Positions 17,455 through 25,094 of a stretch of 64,000 nucleotides of DNA are shown piece by piece. Under the pieces are notes generated by a model that ran no database searches, was not told where the DNA came from, and worked only from the letters and a program-made list of their open reading frames with translations. Numbering within the stretch: position 1 is the stretch's first letter; each line of letters begins with the position of its first letter. A program made the position numbers and the translations under genes. This DNA is from Methanomassiliicoccales archaeon (GTDB taxonomy: Archaea > Thermoplasmatota > Thermoplasmata > Methanomassiliicoccales > UBA472): assembly GCA_035506675.1 (NCBI GenBank), contig DATJOX010000059.1, positions 140,886 to 204,885 of the forward strand. Reading direction: 5' to 3'.

Positions 17455-18633
17455 TTACTTGTGATCCTGCTTATGGGCCGATCGCCTCAGGCCAGCCTCA
17501 TCGTGTGCGAGAACGGCGGTGTCCGCGGCGCCGTGTGGGATGATGACCTTCTTCTGCACCCACCACCAGGCGAGAATGGTGGCGTTGACGGTGGCGACCA
17601 CGGTGATAAAGGTGTACCACATCAGGGTCCGGTCGTCCAATCCAGCTATCGAGCCGAAGAAGGTGGCGATCGTGTTGGGCACGAGGAGCGCCGTGCCGAG
17701 AATGGTGAGCCACGCGACGGCGAGCGTCATCCGGTTGTTCAGCGTCTGCAGCTGGTTGTTGTAAAGCGACTGCAAGACCTCGAGCCCGGAGGCAAGGACT
17801 TCCGAAGTGTGCTCCGCGAGCGAGATCTGGCGGTTCACGTCCTCGATGAGCAGCGTCACCTTGGAGAGCACCTTGGGGTTGTCGGTTATGGAGTGGGCAT
17901 CACCGTACCGCAGCGAGTTAAGCACGTCCAGGGTCGCCCAGAGATTACTAAGGTAAGTGATCAAGCTGTGCTTCATTTCATAGATCTTCCGTCCGAGTGC
18001 CTCCCGCGGAGTCTTTGGGTCTGAAAGCTCCTCGCTGAGCCAGTCAGCCTGCTCCTCGATGGTCCGAAGCTGCTCAAAGTTGCGATTGTTGTTCTCGTCG
18101 AGGATGCGCACGAGCATGTTGGTGAGCTTGTCCTCGGCGGGCATGCTGTCCGGCAGCTTGCGCAGGAAGACGTCCGCGTATCTCGAGAATTGGATGAAAC
18201 GGGTGACCTCCTCGTTGTGGATCGTGAGGATAAGTCCCTTTCGCAAGAGAACGATGAGGTTGAAGGTCTTGACCTCCATGCCCCGGATCCTCACCGCGGG
18301 GACGAGCAGCCCGAGCTCCACATCGCGGTCTTCGTAGTTGGAGTACCTTCCTTGGAGCAGGGTCGCGACCATTGTGTCGCTGAACCCCAGCTTGGCCGCG
18401 ACCTCGGTGCCATCCTTCTCCGGGTCCGGGAGGGCGAAGTTGATCCAGGCGAGCGAGGACGATTGCAGCGCCGGCAGGAACTCGAGGGGGGTGTCCCCGT
18501 GCACCCGGATCGGCTTGCCGTCGTGCTGAAGGGCTACGCAGACTCCTTTCGGCTTCTTGACGTCGTTCGCCGTGGCTGCCGTCCCGTTGCCCTGCGCCGC
18601 GCCCGGCGTACCTAGATTCGCCCCCGATTCCAT
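17455..18633 (-). CDS. CorA-family divalent cation transporter-like protein (non-canonical, no GMN)
   Basis: 392 aa. CorA-like cytoplasmic domain plus two C-terminal TM helices. The position of YGMNF reads FFGSIAG. Confidence 0.6.
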   Translation of the reverse strand: MESGANLGTPGAAQGNGTAATANDVKKPKGVCVALQHDGKPIRVHGDTPLEFLPALQSSSLAWINFALPDPEKDGTEVAAKLGFSDTMVATLLQGRYSNYEDRDVELGLLVPAVRIRGMEVKTFNLIVLLRKGLILTIHNEEVTRFIQFSRYADVFLRKLPDSMPAEDKLTNMLVRILDENNNRNFEQLRTIEEQADWLSEELSDPKTPREALGRKIYEMKHSLITYLSNLWATLDVLNSLRYGDAHSITDNPKVLSKVTLLIEDVNRQISLAEHTSEVLASGLEVLQSLYNNQLQTLNNRMTLAVAWLTILGTALLVPNTIATFFGSIAGLDDRTLMWYTFITVVATVNATILAWWWVQKKVIIPHGAADTAVLAHDEAGLRRSAHKQDHK

Positions 18634-18738
18634 ATTTCTCCTCCCCTGGATGCAACCGCGTCAGCAGCCCGCACCTGTATGCCGATTATCAAATGAATAC
18701 TTCGCTCTGGAACGTGGATGCTGAGCGACTTCTCGTGC

Positions 18739-19809
18739 CTAATGCCGCGTGTAGCGGAATGCGATGTTGCAGCTGCCCTCGCGGCTGACCATGCACGGGC
18801 CCATCGGTCGCTTCGGGCTGCAACCATTCCCGAAAACGGGGCATTCTCTCGACTCGATGATTCCACGAAGGACCTCCCCGCAGCGGCAGCCCCCCATCTC
18901 CTCCTTCACCGATGGCGCCTTGGCGATGATGTCGCCGAAGACCACGCGAGCGTTGCGCGCGTCGAATTCCTCGCGGGGTTCGAGGGCGCTCTTCGGGATC
19001 ACTGCGAAGCCGCGCCAGGCCCGATCCACCGGCTTGAACACCTCGTGGATCATCGCCAGGGCCTTGGGGTTGCCCTCCGGCTTCACCACCCTGGAGTACT
19101 CGTTCTCAACCTCATGCCGACCTTCCGCCATCTGTCGGACCATCATGTAGATCGCGACCATTAGATCGAGAGGCTCGAAGCCGGCGACGGCCTGCGGGAT
19201 CTTCCGTTCCTTCGAGAAGCGACGGAACGGCTCGAGCCCTATTATCGTCGCTACGTGCCCGGGTTGAATCAGCCCGTCGATGTGCACTTCGCCGAGATCA
19301 AAGAGCGCGTCGAGGGCGGGAGGCAAGATGCGATGGCAGCTCAGAATCGAGAAATTCCTCGGGAGCTCAGTGAGCATGATCGAAGCGGTCGTGGGGCTGG
19401 TCGTTTCGAAGCCGATTGCCATGAAGACGACGCTCTTGACCAGCGGAGCCAACTTGACTGCGTCCTCCACGGAATAGACGACGCGCACGTCTGCCCCCTC
19501 TGCCTTCGCGTCGGCGAGCGAGCCTATGGGGGTCGGGACGGTCATCATGTCCCCGAACACCGCCACCGTCTGGCCGCTCTTCGCCAGAGTGATGCCTTCG
19601 ACGATCTCCTTGGTCGTGGTGACGCAGACTGGACATCCAGGCCCCTGGCCGATGTGGACGCCTGCATCCTCGAGCATCTCTTGGATGCCAAACCGCACGA
19701 GCGTGTCTTGATGCGTCCCGCAAACGTGCATGAACCTTGCCTTGATGCCGTATTCGGCGATCGAGGCGACGATCTTCTTCGCCGTGGCTTCATCCCGGAA
19801 CCTGAACAT
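18739..19809 (-). CDS. hypD: [NiFe]-hydrogenase maturation protein HypD
   Basis: 356 aa from the ATG at 19809 (MFRFRDEA...), which forms a TGATG overlap with the hypA stop. Motifs CGTHQD and GPGCPVCVT. The longer track ORF (to 19959) overlaps hypA and is rejected. Confidence 0.9.
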   Translation of the reverse strand: MFRFRDEATAKKIVASIAEYGIKARFMHVCGTHQDTLVRFGIQEMLEDAGVHIGQGPGCPVCVTTTKEIVEGITLAKSGQTVAVFGDMMTVPTPIGSLADAKAEGADVRVVYSVEDAVKLAPLVKSVVFMAIGFETTSPTTASIMLTELPRNFSILSCHRILPPALDALFDLGEVHIDGLIQPGHVATIIGLEPFRRFSKERKIPQAVAGFEPLDLMVAIYMMVRQMAEGRHEVENEYSRVVKPEGNPKALAMIHEVFKPVDRAWRGFAVIPKSALEPREEFDARNARVVFGDIIAKAPSVKEEMGGCRCGEVLRGIIESRECPVFGNGCSPKRPMGPCMVSREGSCNIAFRYTRH

Positions 19810-20183
19810 CAGCGCTCCACCACCTTGATCGACGTCACTCCGCAGCTCTTGCCCTTGGTGATCTCGACCCCTGAGCCGCACTTCGGGCAGACGAGGTTCG
19901 GGATGACCATGTGGTCCGCGCTCGATCCAATATAGTCCACTGGGCCGACGTAGCCGCACGCGTGACAGCCCACCTCGATCTTCTCCTGCGAGATGTTGAG
20001 CTTGGCGTTCTCAAGCGCGTTCCCCCGGCTGAGCACCTCAAAGGCGAAGCGCAACTGCTCCTCGCCCAGAAAAGTCAGTTCTCCGATGACGAGGTCAACC
20101 TCTTCAACGCTCAAGACGTCATGCTTCGCCAGCTCAGCGAGCACGCTGTCGATTATGCTGGCCATGACCGAGACCTCGTGCAC
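19809..20183 (-). CDS. hypA: Hydrogenase nickel-insertion protein HypA
   Basis: 124 aa. N-terminal MHE motif from a GTG start. Zn ribbon CHACG...CPKCG. Confidence 0.9.
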   Translation of the reverse strand: MHEVSVMASIIDSVLAELAKHDVLSVEEVDLVIGELTFLGEEQLRFAFEVLSRGNALENAKLNISQEKIEVGCHACGYVGPVDYIGSSADHMVIPNLVCPKCGSGVEITKGKSCGVTSIKVVER

Positions 20184-20221
20184 GTCAACAGATTCCAGAC
20201 CGGATATTTATGCGCTTCCCG

Positions 20222-20956
20222 TCATGCTTCGCCGCCCCGGGGATCTGCCAGTGTTCTTCCCTTGGAGTCTCTTCTCGCACTCGTCCCGCTCTTCCGAGGC
20301 GGTTCCGGCCGGTACTTGGCATAGAGGTCACAACATTCCGTCAGCGGACATTCCCAGCAGTGCGGGCCGCGGGGCAAGCACACCTTCTGACCGAATCTCA
20401 CGAAGAGGGAGTTGATGTCGATCCAGAGGTCCTTCGGCACCTGATCCATCAACTGCTCCTCAGTCCTCTCCGGGTCCTCGGACTTCACGAGGCCGATGCG
20501 ATTGCTGATCCTGTGGACGTGAGTGTCAACGCACACGGACGGTATGTGGAACGCGTAGGCGCGAACGCAGTTGGCGGTCTTCCTTCCGACCATGGGGAGT
20601 GTCATCAATTCATCGATCTCGGAAGGCACCTTCCCATTGTAGTCCTCGACTATCCTTCTGGCAATCTCCTTGATCGCCTTGGCCTTCGCTTTTGGAAATC
20701 CCGCGGGCCTCACCAATCGCTCTATGATGGCCAGCTTCGCGCTCATCAGCTCGGAAGGGGTGTCGAAGCGGGCGAACAATCGTGAGGAGGCGACGTGAGT
20801 GTTCTGGTCTCGCGTGCGCTGCGACAGCACGGTCGAAATCAGAACGTGGAATGGGTCAGGGTCCCAGGATGCAGTCCGTCCAGCATGCCTGCCCGGAAAC
20901 GCGCCCTCGCCGCAAAGCTCTCTCACCCGCTCGATGATCTGCCTAGCGGGCTTCAT
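20222..20956 (-). CDS. nth: Endonuclease III (HhH-GPD DNA glycosylase with a 4Fe-4S cluster)
   Basis: 244 aa. HhH-GPD motif (LMTLPMVGRKTANCV). FeS Cys cluster (CLPRGPHCWECPLTECC). Confidence 0.88.
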   Translation of the reverse strand: MKPARQIIERVRELCGEGAFPGRHAGRTASWDPDPFHVLISTVLSQRTRDQNTHVASSRLFARFDTPSELMSAKLAIIERLVRPAGFPKAKAKAIKEIARRIVEDYNGKVPSEIDELMTLPMVGRKTANCVRAYAFHIPSVCVDTHVHRISNRIGLVKSEDPERTEEQLMDQVPKDLWIDINSLFVRFGQKVCLPRGPHCWECPLTECCDLYAKYRPEPPRKSGTSARRDSKGRTLADPRGGEA

Positions 20957-22232
20957 GTCCTTCCCACCAAGCCTTCGCCTCGCCCACCGTGTACAATGAA
21001 CCCGTGACGATTATCACGTCGTCCTCGCTCGCGGACGCCACCGCCATGCTGAGGGCTTCTGCGACCGAAGGGGCTTCACGCACGTCTGTAATGTACCGAT
21101 GCAACGCAGTCCCGGTCTCGTGGGCAGAAAAGGCGCGGTTAGAGGCAGGAGAGACGGCGATAGCCTTGTTGGATATGGATGAGAAGGCCTTTGCGATGCC
21201 GTCGAGGTCCTTGTCGTTCAGGACGCCAAGGATCAAGAGCGCCTCGTCTCCGAACAGATGACGGACATCACTCGCCACCGCCTTGGCGCCATCCGGGGTG
21301 TGGGAGACGTCGAATATCACTGTCGGCCTCCGATGAACCAGCTCCAACCTCCCCGGCCACTTCACGCGGCGCAATCCCTCCAGGATCGCTTGCTCGCCGA
21401 CTTCCACCCCCCTTCTTGGAAGCTCGATGGCGATGCCATAGGCCAAGGCGGCGTTCTCGGATTGGAAACTTCCCAACAGCGGCAATGTCACTGTTGGAAG
21501 GCTTCCCAGCCTCACGGTCGTGCCGTCAATCGTCGACTCGACCATGTCAACCTGGATCTCAGCGCCGACCCTTCGCAAAGGAGCTTTCCGCTCCGCCGCG
21601 ATCTGCTCTATCACCCCGAGGGCTTCGCGTCCATCCTCGGCGGTCACGACCGGCACTCCGTGCTTGATGATTCCCGCCTTTTCAGCTGCGATCTTCTCGA
21701 GCGTGTCCCCGAGATACTGGGTGTGCTCGAGGGAGATGCGGGTAATGGCAGTGCAATCTGGTTGGATGACGTTCGTCGCGTCGAGCCTGCCTCCCATGCC
21801 AACCTCGACGACCCCTTCCTCCACCCCCGCCTCCGCGAAGTGGGCGAAGGCGATCGCGGTGGTGACCTCGAAGAAAGTAGGGTACGATTCCTTCGAGACG
21901 AGGGCCATATCCTCCACGTGCCCCCTCACTTCTTCAGCCAAACGGCACAACTGCCCTTGGGATATTTGCGTGCCGGATGTCTGGATTCGCTCTGTGAAAT
22001 CGACCAAATGAGGAGAGGTGTACAGGCCGGTCGCGTATCCATGACTGCGCAGAATGGATTCCGTCATCGCGCACACCGAGCCCTTGCCGTTCGTCCCGGC
22101 GACGTGCACGCTGCGGAACTGCCGATGGGGATCGCCCATCCGCCTCAATAGCTCGGTCACGTTGTGGAGCCCGAGCTTGATGCCCATCGTCTCGAGTCCG
22201 TAGAGCCACGACAGCGTCTCCTCGTATCGCAT
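20943..22232 (-). CDS. folC: Folylpolyglutamate synthase/dihydrofolate synthase (FolC, Mur ligase family)
   Basis: 429 aa from the ATG at 22232 (MRYEETLSWLY); the track ORF begins at a GTG at 22250. P-loop HVAGTNGKGS. Confidence 0.85.
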   Translation of the reverse strand: MRYEETLSWLYGLETMGIKLGLHNVTELLRRMGDPHRQFRSVHVAGTNGKGSVCAMTESILRSHGYATGLYTSPHLVDFTERIQTSGTQISQGQLCRLAEEVRGHVEDMALVSKESYPTFFEVTTAIAFAHFAEAGVEEGVVEVGMGGRLDATNVIQPDCTAITRISLEHTQYLGDTLEKIAAEKAGIIKHGVPVVTAEDGREALGVIEQIAAERKAPLRRVGAEIQVDMVESTIDGTTVRLGSLPTVTLPLLGSFQSENAALAYGIAIELPRRGVEVGEQAILEGLRRVKWPGRLELVHRRPTVIFDVSHTPDGAKAVASDVRHLFGDEALLILGVLNDKDLDGIAKAFSSISNKAIAVSPASNRAFSAHETGTALHRYITDVREAPSVAEALSMAVASASEDDVIIVTGSLYTVGEAKAWWEGHEAR

Positions 22233-22258
22233 TCGAAGAAGACGGAACACCTGCGAGA

Positions 22259-23041
22259 TTATACAGTTTCTCGGCGACGACGAAGCGAGCCGACGAGGTC
22301 GATGGTGGCCACGCCCCGCTTGCGCGCCTCCGCCTTGATGACCTTCATCACCCCGCTGCCGTATTGTGCAGCCTTCTTCTCCCGACCGACGACGACGTCA
22401 AGCCCGAGGTTCGCGGCCGCGTCCCGGAGAATCGCCTTTCTCACCGAACCCCGCAGGCATTCGGACGTCGGAAGGGTCCGTGCGAACGCCACGACGTTCG
22501 GATCAAGGAAAGGATGATGGATCTCCTTCGAGAACCTGCGCGCGATTGCCCGCTCCATCGCGACCCCGTTGCTCAGCAAGGCGTCCAGGTCCTCATTCAT
22601 CCTGGCCCTCAGCTCGGGCGACGGCAATGAGAGGTATCGCATGTATCCAGCGAACAGCTCGTCTGCCCCCTGGCCGCTGAGAAAGTCATTCTCACGAGCA
22701 CGTTCGCAAACGAAGTAGAGAGGGAGCTCGAAAGAGAGCGTGAGCGGGCTGTCCGTGCCTATGATCTCCGAGAGTGGGACCAGGGCATCCACAATCTCCC
22801 TGTCCGAGAGAAGCAGCGGCTTCCATTCGAGCCCCAACAATTCTGCTGTCTCCTCCGCCACCATCAGGTCGTGCGAGCCTGAGGTTCCGATCGTGTAGAG
22901 GCGTACCGGCCCGACGCGCCCAGCGAGATGCGCGATGACGGTGCTGTCCAGACCGCCTGAGAAGAGAACGCCTCTCTCAGTTTTGCTAGCTCCGTCAATC
23001 GCCTTCCTAAGGTGTCTGACCAGCTCCTCTGCGAGCGTCAC
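22259..23041 (-). CDS. Asparagine-synthase-domain PP-loop protein
   Basis: PP-loop LFSGGLDSTV and the AsnB C-domain motif GQGADELFAGY. The GTG at 23041 is preferred because a TTAAATAT box (23063-23070) sits about 26 nt upstream. The track ORF extends to 23104. Confidence 0.75.
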   Translation of the reverse strand: MTLAEELVRHLRKAIDGASKTERGVLFSGGLDSTVIAHLAGRVGPVRLYTIGTSGSHDLMVAEETAELLGLEWKPLLLSDREIVDALVPLSEIIGTDSPLTLSFELPLYFVCERARENDFLSGQGADELFAGYMRYLSLPSPELRARMNEDLDALLSNGVAMERAIARRFSKEIHHPFLDPNVVAFARTLPTSECLRGSVRKAILRDAAANLGLDVVVGREKKAAQYGSGVMKVIKAEARKRGVATIDLVGSLRRRRETV

Positions 23042-23062
23042 GCCCGAAGCATCCCCCTCGCC

Positions 23063-23070
23063 ATATTTAA
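23063..23070 (-). promoter_or_regulatory. TATA box (TTAAATAT on the minus strand) for the Asn-synthase-like gene
   Basis: An A/T octamer in GC-rich divergent intergenic DNA, about 26 nt upstream of the in-frame GTG at 23041. Confidence 0.4.
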
Positions 23071-23129
23071 CTCGTCCGCGGGGCGAGGCGTGGTGCATGT
23101 GCACACGGGTCGCTCAAGTGTTAAGTGCC

Positions 23130-24563
23130 ATGGCGAGCATGGATGGCCGGATGGCGCTCGACAAGCTGTTCCATCCTGACACAGTGGCTGTGTTGGGAGC
23201 CTCGGACACGGCGGGCAAGATCGGGAACATCATCACCAAGCACCTGATCGAAGGGGGGCTGAAAGTCTACCCCGTGAACCCGAACGAGGAAGAGGTGCTC
23301 GGGGTTCGAGCGCTAAAGTCGATTCTGGATTCTCCGAAGCACGTCGAGGTCGCGATCCTTGCCATCTCCGCCAAGAACGCGGTGGACGGGGTTCGAGATT
23401 GCGTGCGAGCGAAGGTCGATTACGTGATCCCGGTAGCAGGTGGGTTCTCGGAGATCGGTGAGGCTGGCAAGGAAATCCAGGACCAGATGGCCGCCGAGGC
23501 GAAGGGTTCGGCAACGAGGATCCTCGGACCGAACACGATGGGGGTCATGGTCCCAGGAGGCATCGACACGTTCTTCATTCCGAAGGAAAAGAGCCCAAGG
23601 CCTCATCTGGGCTCGATATCGCTGATATCGCAGAGCGGCTCCGTGCTCATCGGAGTGTACGAGAAGGCCGAGGTGGAGGGCGTCGGAATCCGCGCCTGCG
23701 TGGGCATCGGAAACCGAGCGGACCTGGGCGAGGACGAACTCCTGCGCTATTTCGGAGAGGAAGAGGGCACGAAGTGCATCGCCATGTACCTCGAGGCTTT
23801 CCAGAACGGAACGTCTTTCCACGAGCTTGCGAAGATCGTCTCTGCTACCAAGCCAATCGTCGTCGCCAAAGTGGGCTCGACGCCGAGGGGGGCAAGGGCG
23901 GCGATGTCGCACACAGGGGCGCTCGCCGAGTCCTCCAACGCGCTCGTGAGCGGGGTACTGCGACAGGCCGGGGTGCTCAGGGTCAATGACGAACGCGAGC
24001 TGCTCGACGCGGCGAAGGCCCTAGCCGCTCTCAGACCGATGATGGGCGACAGGGTCGCGGTCGTGGGCAGTGCCGGAGGGTTCGGCGTGATTGCTACCGA
24101 CTACGTCACCTCGACCAGCATCGGCTACGGGTTGCAGATGGCCGAGCTGAGCCCAGTGTCCAGGGAGAAGATACGTGGCATCGGTCCCTATTTCGGATCG
24201 GCCGACAATCCGATCGACCTCACGGGCGCGGTCACAGACATGATGTACGACGATGTGCTCGACATCGTTGACAAGGACCCAGGGGTGGATGGCATCGTGC
24301 TGTTCCTTCAGTTCGAACCCCCTGCGATGACCCCAGCGCTGGCGGATATCGTGGAGAAGTGGGCACGGCAGGGGACGAAACCGATGACGGTCTGCTGTGT
24401 GGGAGGGAGCTTCCCGCTGCCGGTGATGAAGCGGCTGGACGCAAAGGGCATTCCTACTTACGGAACGATCAAGCGCTCAGTGTTCGCGCTCTCGTGCGTG
24501 CGGGAACGGGGCAGATTCCTGCAGCGCATCTCAAAGCAAGGTATTTCTCCGTTGAAGGCGTGA
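23130..24563 (+). CDS. Acetate--CoA ligase (ADP-forming) alpha-type subunit / CoA-binding protein
   Basis: 477 aa from the ATG at 23130 (MASMDGRMALDKLFHPDTVAVLGAS). CoA-binding and succinyl-CoA-ligase-like flavodoxin domains. No ATP-grasp beta subunit is adjacent. Confidence 0.8.
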   Translation: MASMDGRMALDKLFHPDTVAVLGASDTAGKIGNIITKHLIEGGLKVYPVNPNEEEVLGVRALKSILDSPKHVEVAILAISAKNAVDGVRDCVRAKVDYVIPVAGGFSEIGEAGKEIQDQMAAEAKGSATRILGPNTMGVMVPGGIDTFFIPKEKSPRPHLGSISLISQSGSVLIGVYEKAEVEGVGIRACVGIGNRADLGEDELLRYFGEEEGTKCIAMYLEAFQNGTSFHELAKIVSATKPIVVAKVGSTPRGARAAMSHTGALAESSNALVSGVLRQAGVLRVNDERELLDAAKALAALRPMMGDRVAVVGSAGGFGVIATDYVTSTSIGYGLQMAELSPVSREKIRGIGPYFGSADNPIDLTGAVTDMMYDDVLDIVDKDPGVDGIVLFLQFEPPAMTPALADIVEKWARQGTKPMTVCCVGGSFPLPVMKRLDAKGIPTYGTIKRSVFALSCVRERGRFLQRISKQGISPLKA

Positions 24564-24571
24564 GCGTTTCG

Positions 24572-25036
24572 ATGAGCCACGTATCGCGCATCGGGGTCTC
24601 TATCGAGCCTGAGCTGCTGGAGAAGCTCGATGAGATGGTGGAGGAGAAGGGTTATCCGGCGCGGTCAGAGGCGATCCGCGACTTGGTGCGACGAGCGCTC
24701 ACCGAGGAACGATTGAAGGATCCGTCGGCCCCAGCGATAGGCACGATCACGTTGGTCTACGAGCACCACAAGGGTGGGGTCAAGGAGCGCCTGATGGACG
24801 TTCAGCACGAGAACCACCACCTCATCTCATCGTCGATCCACGTGCACTTGGACCTCGAACGTTGCCTCGAGGTGCTGGTCGTGAAAGGGAGGATGGAGGA
24901 TCTGCACGAGCTCACGGAGCAGATCACATCGGTGAAAGGCGTCTTGCACGCATCGCCGGTCACAATCGTGGACGAGTCGTCCACGAGCGAGAACGCACAC
25001 GTTCACAAGCATGCTGGCCACGAGCACGACCATTAG
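24572..25036 (+). CDS. nikR: Nickel-responsive regulator NikR (paralog 2) with a His-rich tail
   Basis: 154 aa. RHH (RIGVSIEPELLEKLDEMV...RSEAIRDLVRRAL). C-domain His/Cys ligand pattern (YEHHKGG...HENHHL...HVHLDLERC). Tail HVHKHAGHEHDH. Confidence 0.85.
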   Translation: MSHVSRIGVSIEPELLEKLDEMVEEKGYPARSEAIRDLVRRALTEERLKDPSAPAIGTITLVYEHHKGGVKERLMDVQHENHHLISSSIHVHLDLERCLEVLVVKGRMEDLHELTEQITSVKGVLHASPVTIVDESSTSENAHVHKHAGHEHDH

Positions 25037-25062
25037 CGGACGGCGCTTCTTTGAGCCTAGCT

Positions 25063-25070
25063 TTTTATAA
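25063..25070 (+). promoter_or_regulatory. TATA box (TTTTATAA) about 29 nt upstream of the topA ATG
   Basis: The only A/T block in the 58-nt gap before 25095. The spacing implies a leaderless or near-leaderless mRNA. Confidence 0.5.
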
Positions 25071-25094
25071 TTCCTCAACCTTCGACGCTTTCCG

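Noticed and set aside
18739-19959. Long forms of several track ORFs: HypD to 19959, ACD-alpha from 22935, NikR from 24359, FtsZ to 44862, ABCE1 from 51055, Roadblock from 45890, L40e to 33561, URO-D from 10879 and GlnK from 57478.
   Set aside because: The N-terminal extensions overlap neighbouring genes or are low-complexity. Internal ATG or GTG codons coincide with conserved family N-termini and with TATA/SD spacing, so the shorter starts were used.
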